From Armatimonadota bacterium (GTDB taxonomy: Bacteria > Vulcanimicrobiota > JACPDS01 > JBDRKI01), in contig JBDRKI010000017.1 in NCBI GenBank assembly GCA_043814095.1, positions 1 through 21,036 of the forward strand: a stretch of DNA of 21,036 bases, written 5' to 3'. The notes below the pieces were generated by a model. It saw only the letters and a program-made list of their open reading frames with translations, did no database searches and had not been told where the DNA came from. The position numbers and the translations under genes are program-made. Positions 1 through 9,325 of this stretch are shown here, one piece after another (position 1 is the first letter of the stretch; each line of letters opens with the position of its first letter).

Positions 1-35
1 TGGTCGTCTGTGAATTTTTTGTGTAACTGAGCCAT
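1..35 (-). CDS. 5' fragment of a probable IS1202/ISNCY-like (rve/DDE) transposase, running off the left edge
   Basis: Minus strand reads AGGGGG (SD, 45-50), 9 nt spacer, ATG GCT CAG TTA CAC AAA AAA TTC ACA GAC GAC CA = MAQLHKKFTDD(Q/H). This resembles the 'MxQLHKxFTxxQV' N-terminus I recall for a transposase family common in uncultured bacteria. Only 11 codons are visible. Confidence 0.65.
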   Translation of the reverse strand, partial: MAQLHKKFTDD

Positions 36-80
36 AATTTAAATCCCCCTTGTTTTTTACTTTAAATTATAGCTTTTTAG

Positions 81-127
81 GTGTGCACTTTTAAACTTTA
101 AATCCCATTAAAAGTGTGCACTTTTAA
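81..127. repeat. Two exact 14-bp direct repeats GTGTGCACTTTTAA (81-94, 114-127), probable transposase binding sites
   Basis: Read directly, 33-bp period. The second copy lies in the dyad ATTAAAAGTG-TG-CACTTTTAAT (107-128). TTTAAATCCC also occurs twice (38-47, 97-106). Confidence 0.85.
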
Positions 128-156
128 TTCTTAAATGACAAAAAATAAAAATATAC

Positions 157-185
157 TTGTAACTATTTTTGTTTTTTTGTATACT
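157..185 (+). promoter_or_regulatory. Sigma70-type promoter of the lptC operon
   Basis: TTGTAA (157-162) - 17 bp - TATACT (180-185), with an A-rich tract upstream (141-151). Predicted start about 192-194. Confidence 0.6.
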
Positions 186-193
186 ATTATAAT

Positions 194-793
194 ATGAGTA
201 TTAAAAAAGATTATATAATTTATATAATTATTATTGTGCTGCTAATTGCAGCGCCTTTTCTTTTTATGTTATTCAGCGGAAAAACTTCTGAGGGAACCAA
301 ACAGAATACAGAAGTTGCAACCCCCTCTCCGGCGGAAACGTCCCCTTCACAGCAGGACTCTATGGAAGTATCGGCAACAAAATTAAAATCCTTAAATAAC
401 GGCAAACTGGAATGGACTTTGGACGCGGATTCAATTGACCTTGACCAGGAAACAAAAACCGGGTTCGCACGTAATATAAGGTGTGAATTTTTTGATGAAA
501 ACGGAAATCTGTATGTTAAATTAAACTCACCCGGCGCCAAAATCAATTTAAACACGAATGACATGGAATTTACAGGTCCCGTACGCGCAAGTACGGTAAA
601 AGGTGAATATTTTGAGGCGGAAAAACTTAAATTCATCGGCGAAAAAAAGATGTTTTTAGGTTCGGGAGCTATAAAGCTTACTAAGGGAAACTCTACCGTC
701 TACGGAAAAAAACTTGTGGGTATACCATCTAAAAAAACAATAGAAATAAAAGATAATGTAAATGCGACTATTAATTTAAAGGATTTTGAATGA
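194..793 (+). CDS. lptC: LPS export ABC transporter periplasmic protein LptC
   Basis: One N-terminal TM helix, S/T/P linker, then beta-jellyroll-like sequence ([11 protein letters not shown]...FTGPVRA...FEAEKLKF). Overlaps lptB by ATGA. Confidence 0.85.
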   Translation: MSIKKDYIIYIIIIVLLIAAPFLFMLFSGKTSEGTKQNTEVATPSPAETSPSQQDSMEVSATKLKSLNNGKLEWTLDADSIDLDQETKTGFARNIRCEFFDENGNLYVKLNSPGAKINLNTNDMEFTGPVRASTVKGEYFEAEKLKFIGEKKMFLGSGAIKLTKGNSTVYGKKLVGIPSKKTIEIKDNVNATINLKDFE

Positions 794-1512
794 GAATAAC
801 TCTTGAAAACCTTACTAAAATTTATAACAATAGAAGAGTTGTAGATAACTTAAGTTTATATATGGAAAAAGGAGAAGTTGTGGGACTGCTCGGCCCTAAC
901 GGAGCGGGTAAAACCACAACATTTTATATGGTTGTGGGAGTAGTCAAGCCCAACGCAGGCAAGGTTTATCTTGATTCATCAGATATAACTTCCGTGCCCA
1001 TGTATAAAAGGGCAACTCTGGGCATAGGATATCTCCCCCAGGAAGCTTCGGCTTTCAGGCGTTTAACCATAGAAGAAAACATACTTATGATCTGGGAATT
1101 TTCCGATATGACCAGGGACCAGCGCCATGAAGAGCTTGAAAGGCTCCTGCGCGAGTTTGACCTCTGGGGAAAAAGAAAACAGTACGCATTCACTTTGTCC
1201 GGCGGGGAAAGAAGGCGCATAGAGATCGCGAGATGCCTCGCGACAAAACCGCATTTCCTTCTTCTGGACGAACCTTTTACCGGCGTTGACCCCATAGCCA
1301 TATCAGAGATTCAGGATATTATAAAAAAGCTCCAGGCCAAAGGCATGGGGGTATTAATTACGGATCATAATGTAAGGGAAACTCTTAAAATAACCGACAG
1401 AGCTTACATAATAAGGGAAGGGAACATTCTTGTATCGGGACCGTCAACCGAGGTGGCGCATAGCGATCTGGCAAAGAAGCATTACCTGGGGAGCAAATTC
1501 AAACTGGATTGA
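790..1512 (+). CDS. lptB: LPS export ABC transporter ATP-binding protein LptB
   Basis: Walker [20 protein letters not shown], signature [31 protein letters not shown] (LptB-typical). Confidence 0.96.
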   Translation: MRITLENLTKIYNNRRVVDNLSLYMEKGEVVGLLGPNGAGKTTTFYMVVGVVKPNAGKVYLDSSDITSVPMYKRATLGIGYLPQEASAFRRLTIEENILMIWEFSDMTRDQRHEELERLLREFDLWGKRKQYAFTLSGGERRRIEIARCLATKPHFLLLDEPFTGVDPIAISEIQDIIKKLQAKGMGVLITDHNVRETLKITDRAYIIREGNILVSGPSTEVAHSDLAKKHYLGSKFKLD

Positions 1513-1516
1513 GAAT

Positions 1517-2656
1517 ATGAGAATAAAGATACTGGACAAATACATAATAAGTGAACTGGTGGGGCCCTTTATATTCGGTGTTGCCACGTTTACTTTATTA
1601 TTCATGTCGGTTGACCTGTTCTTTAAAATAGCCTCACTTATCGTGCAGAAAAATTTATCTCTTACAGAAGGGATGCTCTGCATTATTTACAACCTGCCTT
1701 ATATTTTAGTATTCACCTTCCCCATGAGCGTTCTTCTGGCAACACTTATGGCTTTCGGGAGACTCTCCGGCGAAAGCGAGATAATAGCCATGAAAGCAAG
1801 CGGGATAAGCTTATACAGGATAGCGCTCCCGGCAATCGTGTTCGCCGCTCTCGTAACCTTCGCGTCCGGATTTATCAATGAAAAGTTATCGCCTGAATAC
1901 ACTTACAGGGCAAAAAATATCCTGATAAAAAAGCTGTCCAAAGAAGGCGCGAAAATATGGGAAAACATATCCATAAAAGAAAAAACACCTGACGGGTTAG
2001 AAAGAATTATTACCGCCAGAAAGTTCAATTACAAAGACGGCCTTATGGAAGGCGTAATGATACAGGATTATAAAGATACAAAGCCCGTAAGATGGGTACG
2101 CGCTGATTCGGCTGTATGGGAAGAGGATAAATGGTTCCTTATAAACGGGGATGTGTACAACTTATCCGTTGAAAGCTCCGGGGACATAAAATACCAGACT
2201 CATTTTGACAGATATGTAAGCCGTATACCCTACAGCCCGAAAGAGATAGAAATGAGGGAGCGATCCCCCGAAGAGATGGACTCCGGGCAGATTAAAGAAA
2301 AAATACATTTTCTTGAAAAAACTTACTCCCCGACAAGAACCAGCCCGTATGACAGGGTACTCGACGGTCAGATAAACAACCTTTATGTGGCGCTTTACCA
2401 GAAAGCGGCCCTCCCCTTTACGTGTTTTGTCTTCGCTCTTATAGGGATACCGCTCGGGATAAGACCGCACAGGACAAGCACATCAATAGGGTTAGGTTTA
2501 AGTATTGTATTTATATTTATTTACTATATACTTATGAGTATAGGAAGGGCGCTGGGAGAAAATTCCATCCTGCCGCCCGCGATAGCCTCATGGCTGCCTA
2601 TCGCGATATTCGCGGCGGCAGGGTTATACCTGCTGTATAAAAAAGGTCAGGGCTAA
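1517..2656 (+). CDS. LptF/LptG family LPS export permease (single copy)
   Basis: Start re-assigned to ATG 1517 (MRIKILDKYIISE), 4 nt after the lptB stop. Motifs GRLSGESEIIAMKASGISLYRI and PAIASWLP; 3 TM + periplasmic domain + 3 TM. Confidence 0.93.
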   Translation: MRIKILDKYIISELVGPFIFGVATFTLLFMSVDLFFKIASLIVQKNLSLTEGMLCIIYNLPYILVFTFPMSVLLATLMAFGRLSGESEIIAMKASGISLYRIALPAIVFAALVTFASGFINEKLSPEYTYRAKNILIKKLSKEGAKIWENISIKEKTPDGLERIITARKFNYKDGLMEGVMIQDYKDTKPVRWVRADSAVWEEDKWFLINGDVYNLSVESSGDIKYQTHFDRYVSRIPYSPKEIEMRERSPEEMDSGQIKEKIHFLEKTYSPTRTSPYDRVLDGQINNLYVALYQKAALPFTCFVFALIGIPLGIRPHRTSTSIGLGLSIVFIFIYYILMSIGRALGENSILPPAIASWLPIAIFAAAGLYLLYKKGQG

Positions 2657-2673
2657 GATAAGAGAGGTGTAAT

Positions 2674-3615
2674 TTGCTAAGAGGAATATTCACTCTCCTT
2701 ATAATCTCCGTAGTAAGCGGTATAATCGCATTTTTGGGAAACCGTCTGGGCAGGTATTTCGGTAAAAAAAGACTCACAATATTCAACTTGCGCCCGCGCC
2801 ATACCGCCACGATATTTACAATACTTACCGGCATCCTTATATCCATGCTGACAATCGGGGTATCTTCCATGCTTTCAAAGAATGTAAGGATAGCCTTGTT
2901 CGGCATGGAAAAACTCCAGCAGGAAAGACTCCAGCTCCAGGAAGAGATAAACCGGCTATCCGCACAGGTAAGCCAGGGTAAAATTTTATTCACAGCCGGT
3001 CAGCCTATTGTCATAAACGTAATTGACGGCGGGACTAGTAAGCTTACCGCAAAAAACAGGCTGGAAAACCTCCTGCAGGTAGCAAACGTAAGGGCTGTGG
3101 CGAAATATAATCTGCTTGCCGATTATTATAACGTAGAAGCAATACCTTTGGACACTGAACTTATAACATACAACCCCGAACAGCTTGACAGGGCGGCGGA
3201 TACCATAAGCGGGTCAAAGGAAAACTGGGGGGTAACGATCTCCGCTTCAAACAATGTTTTCCTGGAAGGAAAATTCAACGTAAACATAAAGGTTATTAAA
3301 AATATTGCCATTTACCATAAAGACGATGAAATATCATTAATAAAAATAGATACTTCTCTCGCGGACAACGAGATACTCGCTGATTTATTCACCCTTATTT
3401 ACAACGCGCGTGAAAATATATTCTCGAGGGGCATGATGCAGGACCCCGAACAGCAGCTTTCAATGCCTTCGGCTGAAGCACTTGGTGAATTTGTTAACAG
3501 GATAAAACAGTACCACGGATGGGTGCTTGTAAAAGCCCTGGCCAAAAGAGATCTTTATGTTGTGGACGCACCCGATATACATCTTACTCTGGAAAGCACA
3601 ACGCCACCCGAATAA
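2674..3615 (+). CDS. DUF3084 domain-containing membrane protein
   Basis: GIIAFLGNRLGRYFGKKRLTIFNLRPRHTA...TGILI...VRIALF is the characteristic DUF3084 N-terminus. Two TM helices, short coiled coil, TTG start with AGAGG upstream. Confidence 0.88.
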   Translation: MLRGIFTLLIISVVSGIIAFLGNRLGRYFGKKRLTIFNLRPRHTATIFTILTGILISMLTIGVSSMLSKNVRIALFGMEKLQQERLQLQEEINRLSAQVSQGKILFTAGQPIVINVIDGGTSKLTAKNRLENLLQVANVRAVAKYNLLADYYNVEAIPLDTELITYNPEQLDRAADTISGSKENWGVTISASNNVFLEGKFNVNIKVIKNIAIYHKDDEISLIKIDTSLADNEILADLFTLIYNARENIFSRGMMQDPEQQLSMPSAEALGEFVNRIKQYHGWVLVKALAKRDLYVVDAPDIHLTLESTTPPE

Positions 3616-3627
3616 AGGACGTAAATA

Positions 3628-4032
3628 ATGAACATCCTGGCTATAGATCCCGGGAAAAATAAATGCGGCATAGCCGTTCTGGATAATGATTTAAATATAA
3701 AAGAAAGAACCACAGCCGAAACCGGCAATATTTTAACTGTTCTTGAAAAATTAATAAATGAATTCAAAATAAGATTAATAATTCTGGGGGGAGCCACTTA
3801 CTCTGAAGAAATAAAAAAAATAATAACGGAAAAATTTCCGGAAATAGATTTAAAAAAAGCTGACGAGAAACATTCAACGGAAAAAGCAAGACATCTCTAT
3901 TTTAAATGTAATCCCCCTAAGGGAATATGGCGATTTATACCCCTGGGACTGCAAACACCTAAAGAACCGTATGATGATTACGCGGCGGCTGTCATAGCGA
4001 TAGAATACATAAAAAACAAAGGGCTTGAATAA
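3628..4032 (+). CDS. YqgF/RuvX-like RNase H-fold nuclease (pre-16S rRNA processing family)
   Basis: ILAIDPGKNKCGIAV, DEKHST..AR..YF...PPKGIWRFIPLGLQ.P..PYDDYAA. This subtype is usually found beside DUF3084. Confidence 0.85.
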   Translation: MNILAIDPGKNKCGIAVLDNDLNIKERTTAETGNILTVLEKLINEFKIRLIILGGATYSEEIKKIITEKFPEIDLKKADEKHSTEKARHLYFKCNPPKGIWRFIPLGLQTPKEPYDDYAAAVIAIEYIKNKGLE

Positions 4033-5162
4033 TGAAAAAATATCTTACGGCAACAATAATCCTTATACTGGCATTATCTTTTACTGTGCCAGCATATGCC
4101 GATACGGTATTTACGGCGTTTGCTTCTTCAGAAAAAGCAAAAGAAGATAAATCATCTTCAGGTTCCGGATTTGAAATCCTTGACCCGCACCAGATAAGAA
4201 CCGCAATAGTTAACGGAGCGGATCTTACGGAGCTCGGCATAGGACCGCCCAAACTTCCGAATACAACCGACCTTAAGACAACACAGACAATGTATAAAAA
4301 CTCAATAATGATATTTGACCCAGAAACCCCGTCAAAAGCGGGTTATGTGAATTTAAGCGTACAGCCTTACTGGCTCATCTACAATCCTTCAAATAAATTA
4401 CTGTATATATCATATGCCTCACAGATTATTCTGGTATTTAACCCCGCAACCGATAAAATAATAGGGTTTCTTGACACCAGAGGACTCGTAACGGACATGT
4501 GTCTTACAAAGGATTTTTCCGGCCTCTATATAGGTGTTATGTCAAAAAACCGCAAGCACGCGGTATGGGTATTGGACTGCGCGAGAAACAAATTTACAAC
4601 GGGATATAAGACACCCCGGCCGGCTTCAGCCGTTGCGGTATCCCCTGATGGGAAAACCCTTTATTATTCAATATGCTCCCGCCCAAGAGGCACGGTATAC
4701 GCGGTTAATACTTCCGATAAATCCTTAAAAGCAGAGGCGCAGACCGGGACAAGCCCTGCTTCTTTATGCATAACTCCTGACGGGAAAGAACTTTATGTTT
4801 CCAATTTAAACTCCGCAAGCGTTTCCGTCATAGACACCGGTTCTTTTAAAGTTAAAGCCGTAATATCCGTGGGGATAGAACCTTTAAAAATGGCGGTATC
4901 TCAGGGAGGGGAGAAGATATATTTAGCATGCAGAAAGTCAAACTATATTTCCGTGATTGACACCAAGACCCATAATGTCTTAAAAACCATAAAGGTCGGG
5001 GCAGCACCTACAGATATAGCATTAAGCCCTGACGGAAAAAAAGCATATATAACAAACAACGAATCAAAAACAATAAGCATAATAGATACCGAACAGGATA
5101 AAGTCATACAGACCACTTCCCCCCAGTTAAAATCAAAGCCGTGGGGAATCGCGGTAAAATAA
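4032..5162 (+). CDS. Secreted YncE/YVTN-family beta-propeller protein (paralog 1)
   Basis: Signal peptide (..VPAYA-D), repeated xPDGKxxYxxNxxSxxVSVIDT blades, TAATG coupling with the upstream gene. Confidence 0.85.
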   Translation: MKKYLTATIILILALSFTVPAYADTVFTAFASSEKAKEDKSSSGSGFEILDPHQIRTAIVNGADLTELGIGPPKLPNTTDLKTTQTMYKNSIMIFDPETPSKAGYVNLSVQPYWLIYNPSNKLLYISYASQIILVFNPATDKIIGFLDTRGLVTDMCLTKDFSGLYIGVMSKNRKHAVWVLDCARNKFTTGYKTPRPASAVAVSPDGKTLYYSICSRPRGTVYAVNTSDKSLKAEAQTGTSPASLCITPDGKELYVSNLNSASVSVIDTGSFKVKAVISVGIEPLKMAVSQGGEKIYLACRKSNYISVIDTKTHNVLKTIKVGAAPTDIALSPDGKKAYITNNESKTISIIDTEQDKVIQTTSPQLKSKPWGIAVK

Positions 5163-5189
5163 TAATACTAATTAAGGAGAATGTGTATT

Positions 5190-6674
5190 ATGAAAAGATT
5201 TATGATATTTTTAATGGTTTTTGCATTTGCATTATCCGTTTATTGCGTAAACGCGCAGGATAATTATGACAATACATCCCACCAGTCAGGCACAATTTCC
5301 GGCATAGTGGTATGCCCGAACCCCAAAGACGAATCAAAGCTTGACCCTGTCGCCCAAGCGCGGATATCCGTGGAAGATTCAAGCTACAGCACCTTAACGG
5401 ATAAAGAAGGCAAATTTGAACTTACCAATATCGCTTACGGCACATATAAACTGACAGCGCAGAAAAACAATTACTACCAGGATGAAAAAATCGTAACCCT
5501 CTCAAACGCTTTCGCGAATATAACCATGACAATAACCCCTACTGAGGAAAAAACGGTTAAAACCCAGCCCGGTAAAAATATTAAACAGGGCAAAACTCCC
5601 AAACACGAAGTTTTTGTGGCTTTCGCCGCGCCCGCCTCAAGCAAAACCCAGGCGGTAGCCCCACAGCTGGGCTCCATGGAAGACTTATCTTCTTTTGACC
5701 CTAACATTATGGCGGCCGCCATAGCGCAGGGCGCCGATCCTTTAAGCTTCGGAGTAGGCGAAAGACCTAAAATACCCAAACCCTATGACCCTTTAACGCC
5801 CCAGACAATGTATGAAAACTCAATAATGCTTTTTGACGTTAAAACGCCTTCTAAAACAACTTATGTGAACTTAAGCGCACAGCCCTACTGGATGGTATAT
5901 AACCCAGAAACAAAACTACTGTATCTTTCCAGTCAGTCGCAGATGGTGCTTATGTATGATCCCGGCACCAACAAAATGATAGGCGCTTTCGCGGTAAAAG
6001 GACAGGTAACGGATATGTGCTTAAATAAAGACGGCTCCATCCTGTATATAGCCGTTATGGGCAGAACCCCGGCAATACTTGTGCTTGACTGCTATAAAAA
6101 TAAATTCATGACTCCTTATGTCGTGCCTTCAAGACCCGCGTCTTTAGCCGCATCTCCTGACGGGAAAAACCTTTACTTCTCAATGGGAACAAATACATCG
6201 GGAATGGTATATTCAATAAGCACCCTGACAGACTCAACGGCGGGAAAGGTAAGCGTGGGGAAAAATCCTAACGGAATGTGCATAACCCCTGACGGGAAAG
6301 AGCTTTATGTCACCAACCTGAATTCGGCCAGCGTTTCGGTTATAGACGCTGCTACCCTTACCGTTAAAGACACGATACCTGTCGGGATTGAACCGTTAAA
6401 AATAGTTGTAGCTCCCAACGGTAAAAAAGTTTACTTAACATGCAGAAAATCGGATTATGTGACTGTAATAGACACCGGAACACATACCGTCTTAAAGAAT
6501 ATAAACACAGGCAAAGCCCCGACGGGAATAGCCATAAGCGGGGACGGATCGAAAGTTTACGTTACAAACAACGAATCAAAAACAATAAGCATCATTGACA
6601 CGGAAAGCGATACCGTCTCGCAGACAACCGTCGCACAGCCCCGCTCACACCCGTGGGGGATCGCCGTAAAATAA
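5190..6674 (+). CDS. Secreted protein: carboxypeptidase-regulatory-like beta-sandwich plus YncE/YVTN beta-propeller (paralog 2)
   Basis: Start re-assigned to ATG 5190 (AAGGAG at 5174-5179 is 10 nt upstream; ATG 5181 is only 1 nt from it). Signal peptide, GTISGIV...TDKEGKFELTNIAYGTYKLTAQKNNY, then YVTN repeats. Confidence 0.85.
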   Translation: MKRFMIFLMVFAFALSVYCVNAQDNYDNTSHQSGTISGIVVCPNPKDESKLDPVAQARISVEDSSYSTLTDKEGKFELTNIAYGTYKLTAQKNNYYQDEKIVTLSNAFANITMTITPTEEKTVKTQPGKNIKQGKTPKHEVFVAFAAPASSKTQAVAPQLGSMEDLSSFDPNIMAAAIAQGADPLSFGVGERPKIPKPYDPLTPQTMYENSIMLFDVKTPSKTTYVNLSAQPYWMVYNPETKLLYLSSQSQMVLMYDPGTNKMIGAFAVKGQVTDMCLNKDGSILYIAVMGRTPAILVLDCYKNKFMTPYVVPSRPASLAASPDGKNLYFSMGTNTSGMVYSISTLTDSTAGKVSVGKNPNGMCITPDGKELYVTNLNSASVSVIDAATLTVKDTIPVGIEPLKIVVAPNGKKVYLTCRKSDYVTVIDTGTHTVLKNINTGKAPTGIAISGDGSKVYVTNNESKTISIIDTESDTVSQTTVAQPRSHPWGIAVK

Positions 6675-6685
6675 TAATCCTTAAT

Positions 6686-6723
6686 TTGCATATTGCATAC
6701 ATATACGCTATAAATAATATAAT
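6686..6723 (+). promoter_or_regulatory. Probable secA promoter(s)
   Basis: TTGCAT (6686-6691) - 17 bp - TATAAA (6709-6714). A second TTGCAT (6693-6698) has TAATAT/TATAAT at 16/19 bp. GGAG SD precedes ATG 6745. Confidence 0.5.
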
Positions 6724-6744
6724 ATATAAATACGGAGATTAATT

Positions 6745-9324
6745 ATGTTAACTTTGATTAAAAATTTACTTGATTCAAATGAACGCGAAATCAAAAAACT
6801 TCAAAAATACATTGATAAAATCAACTCTTATGAAAAAGAATTTGAAAAACTGACCGATAATCTTCTAAAGGCCAAAACAGATGAATTTAAACAGCGCCTC
6901 GGTAAAGGCGAAACCCTTGATGATATAATGTGCGAAGCTTTCGCAGTTGTGCGTGAAGTAAGTAAAAGAACCATGGGTATGCGCCATTTTGATGTGCAGC
7001 TGATAGGCGGCATAGTTCTCCACCAGGGAAGAATCGCGGAGATGAAAACAGGCGAAGGAAAAACTCTTGTTGCCACTCTCCCCGTTTATTTAAATGCCCT
7101 TGAGGGCAAGGGCGTTCATGTCGTGACAGTAAACGATTACCTCGCGAAAAGAGACGCAAAATGGATGGCGCCTATATACGATTTCCTCGGATTATCGGTA
7201 GGCATTATACAGCATGACATAGGTTACTTATACGACCCGTCCGTGCATTCCGGTGACGAATCAATTGACAAATTAAAACAGGCCACGCACAGGGAAGCTT
7301 ACAATGCCGATATAACATACGGCACAAACAACGAGTACGGTTTTGACTACCTCAAGGATAATATGGTCATAGATATAAAAGAATGCGCCCAGAGAGAGCT
7401 TAACTACGCCATAGTGGACGAAGTCGACTCAATACTCATAGATGAGGCAAGAACGCCTTTAATAATCTCGGGCATAGGGGAAAAGAGCACTGACCTTTAC
7501 CAGAAATTTTCAAAAGTCGTGAACCGGCTTAACAAAAACACGGATTACCATGTTGAAGAAAAAGCGCACAGCGCTCCTTTAACCGAAGAGGGCGTAAAAA
7601 GAGTAGAAAAAGAAATCGGGCTGGAAAACCTTTACGACAACCAGAATATGGAGATTGCGCACCACATAAACCAGGCTTTAAGGGCTAAAGAATTATATAA
7701 ACGGGATGTTGATTACGTAATAAAAGAAGGCGAAATCATTATTGTTGACGAGTTCACGGGACGCCTTATGTTCGGCAGAAGATACTCTGACGGCCTGCAC
7801 CAGGCAATTGAAGCCAAAGAAGGCGTAAAGATAAAACACGAGAACCAGACCCTTGCTTCCATAACTTTCCAGAACTATTTCCGTCTTTACAAAAAGCTAT
7901 CAGGGATGACCGGGACGGCCGCAACCGAAGAAAAGGAATTCCGCGGCATATACAACCTGGATGTCGTGATAATACCCACTAATATGCCGATGGTAAGAGC
8001 TGATTACGCCGACCAGATTTACAAGCATGAAGAAGCAAAATTTAAAGCCGCAATTGAAGAGATTGCCGAGATGAACACCCAGGGAAGACCTGTGCTTGTA
8101 GGCACAAGATCAATAGAAAAAAGCGAACTTTTAAGCTCAATGCTCTCAAAAAGAGGCGTAAAGCACGAAGTCTTAAACGCGAAATACCATGAAAAAGAAG
8201 CTTCCATAATAGCGCAGGCAGGAAGACGCGGCGCCGTTACGATAGCAACCAATATGGCAGGCCGCGGTGTTGATATAGTTCTCGGGGGAAGCCCTTTAAG
8301 TAAGGAAGCTTATGAGGAAATAAAAGAACTGGGCGGGCTCCATATAATAGGAACAGAACGCCACGAATCAAGGCGTATTGACAACCAGTTAAGGGGAAGA
8401 AGCGGACGTCAGGGAGACTCCGGTTCATCCCGCTTCTTTGTCGCGCTTAACGATGAACTTATGAGGCTCTTCGGGTCAGATAAGATATCAGTGCTTATGG
8501 ACAGGCTCGGGGTAGATGAAAACATCCCCATAGAACACGCCTTCCTTACAAAAGCCATCGAGAATGCGCAGAAAAGAGTTGAAAGCCATAATTACGAGAT
8601 ACGTAAATCGGTACTTGAATATGACGACGTGATGAATAAGCAGAGAGAAGTCATATATAATGAAAGGCGCAAAATTCTTCTGGGTGAAAACCTAAAACCC
8701 CATATCCTTGATATGGTAAAAACCCACATGGAAAAACTTGTTGACACATACGCGCCTAAAGAAGTTCTCCCCGATGATTGGGATATAGACACGCTTTTTG
8801 AATCGCTGAAAGAAACAATACCCATGCCCGCCGGGGTAAAAATCGGGGATTTATCCGACACAAAACAGAACCTGCTTAAGGAAAAAATTACGGACTGGGC
8901 ATATAAAGCTTATGAAGAAAAAGAAACCCACCTGACCCCGGAGACTATGCGCCAGCTGGAAAGATACATACTATTACAGATAGTTGATACCAAATGGATT
9001 GACCACCTTTATTCCATGGATTTATTGAGGGAAGGCATAGGACTGCGGGCTTACGGGCAGAAAGATCCACGTATTGAATACATAAATGAGGCATTTGAAG
9101 CATTTGAAGCATTAAAATCCAACATACAGGAAGACGCGGTAAAATTCATATACAGGGTCCAGCTCGTAAAACCGGAAGAACAGAAACAGGCCGCCAAGGT
9201 AACCAGCTTAAGCCACGGGGATGCCGAACCCAAAACCCCCGTAAGGCGTGAAGAAAAAGTCGGCAGAAACGACCCCTGCCCCTGCGGCAGCGGCAGAAAA
9301 CACAAAAAGTGCTGCGGAGGATAA
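6745..9324 (+). CDS. secA: Preprotein translocase subunit SecA
   Basis: [56 protein letters not shown], and C-terminal SEC-C motif [19 protein letters not shown]. Confidence 0.99.
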   Translation: MLTLIKNLLDSNEREIKKLQKYIDKINSYEKEFEKLTDNLLKAKTDEFKQRLGKGETLDDIMCEAFAVVREVSKRTMGMRHFDVQLIGGIVLHQGRIAEMKTGEGKTLVATLPVYLNALEGKGVHVVTVNDYLAKRDAKWMAPIYDFLGLSVGIIQHDIGYLYDPSVHSGDESIDKLKQATHREAYNADITYGTNNEYGFDYLKDNMVIDIKECAQRELNYAIVDEVDSILIDEARTPLIISGIGEKSTDLYQKFSKVVNRLNKNTDYHVEEKAHSAPLTEEGVKRVEKEIGLENLYDNQNMEIAHHINQALRAKELYKRDVDYVIKEGEIIIVDEFTGRLMFGRRYSDGLHQAIEAKEGVKIKHENQTLASITFQNYFRLYKKLSGMTGTAATEEKEFRGIYNLDVVIIPTNMPMVRADYADQIYKHEEAKFKAAIEEIAEMNTQGRPVLVGTRSIEKSELLSSMLSKRGVKHEVLNAKYHEKEASIIAQAGRRGAVTIATNMAGRGVDIVLGGSPLSKEAYEEIKELGGLHIIGTERHESRRIDNQLRGRSGRQGDSGSSRFFVALNDELMRLFGSDKISVLMDRLGVDENIPIEHAFLTKAIENAQKRVESHNYEIRKSVLEYDDVMNKQREVIYNERRKILLGENLKPHILDMVKTHMEKLVDTYAPKEVLPDDWDIDTLFESLKETIPMPAGVKIGDLSDTKQNLLKEKITDWAYKAYEEKETHLTPETMRQLERYILLQIVDTKWIDHLYSMDLLREGIGLRAYGQKDPRIEYINEAFEAFEALKSNIQEDAVKFIYRVQLVKPEEQKQAAKVTSLSHGDAEPKTPVRREEKVGRNDPCPCGSGRKHKKCCGG

Positions 9325-9325
9325 G

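Larger units (their letters stand above)
1..140 (-). mobile_element. Left end of a probable insertion sequence (IS1202/ISNCY-like)
   Basis: Minus strand from 140 reads 5'-TGTCATTTAAGAATTAAAAGTGCACAC, a TGT terminus typical of IS481/IS1202 elements. It is followed by two exact subterminal repeats and a transposase-like start. The other end and the target duplication are outside the window. Confidence 0.6.

Noticed and set aside
81..127. Repeats as a CRISPR remnant
   Set aside because: Only two 14-bp copies with a 19-bp gap and no cas genes; an IS end fits better.
141..193. Possible dif/xrs site next to the IS end
   Set aside because: No match to XerC/XerD arms (e.g. TTATGTTAAA); the segment is explained by the lptC promoter.
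1430..1516. 29-aa N-terminal extension of LptF/G from the ORF track
   Set aside because: Overlaps lptB by 83 nt; family similarity begins at ATG 1517.
9088..9113. 9-bp tandem GA(G/A)GCATTT x3 in secA
   Set aside because: In-frame coding repeat (EAFEAFEAL) in a conserved helix; not a contingency locus.
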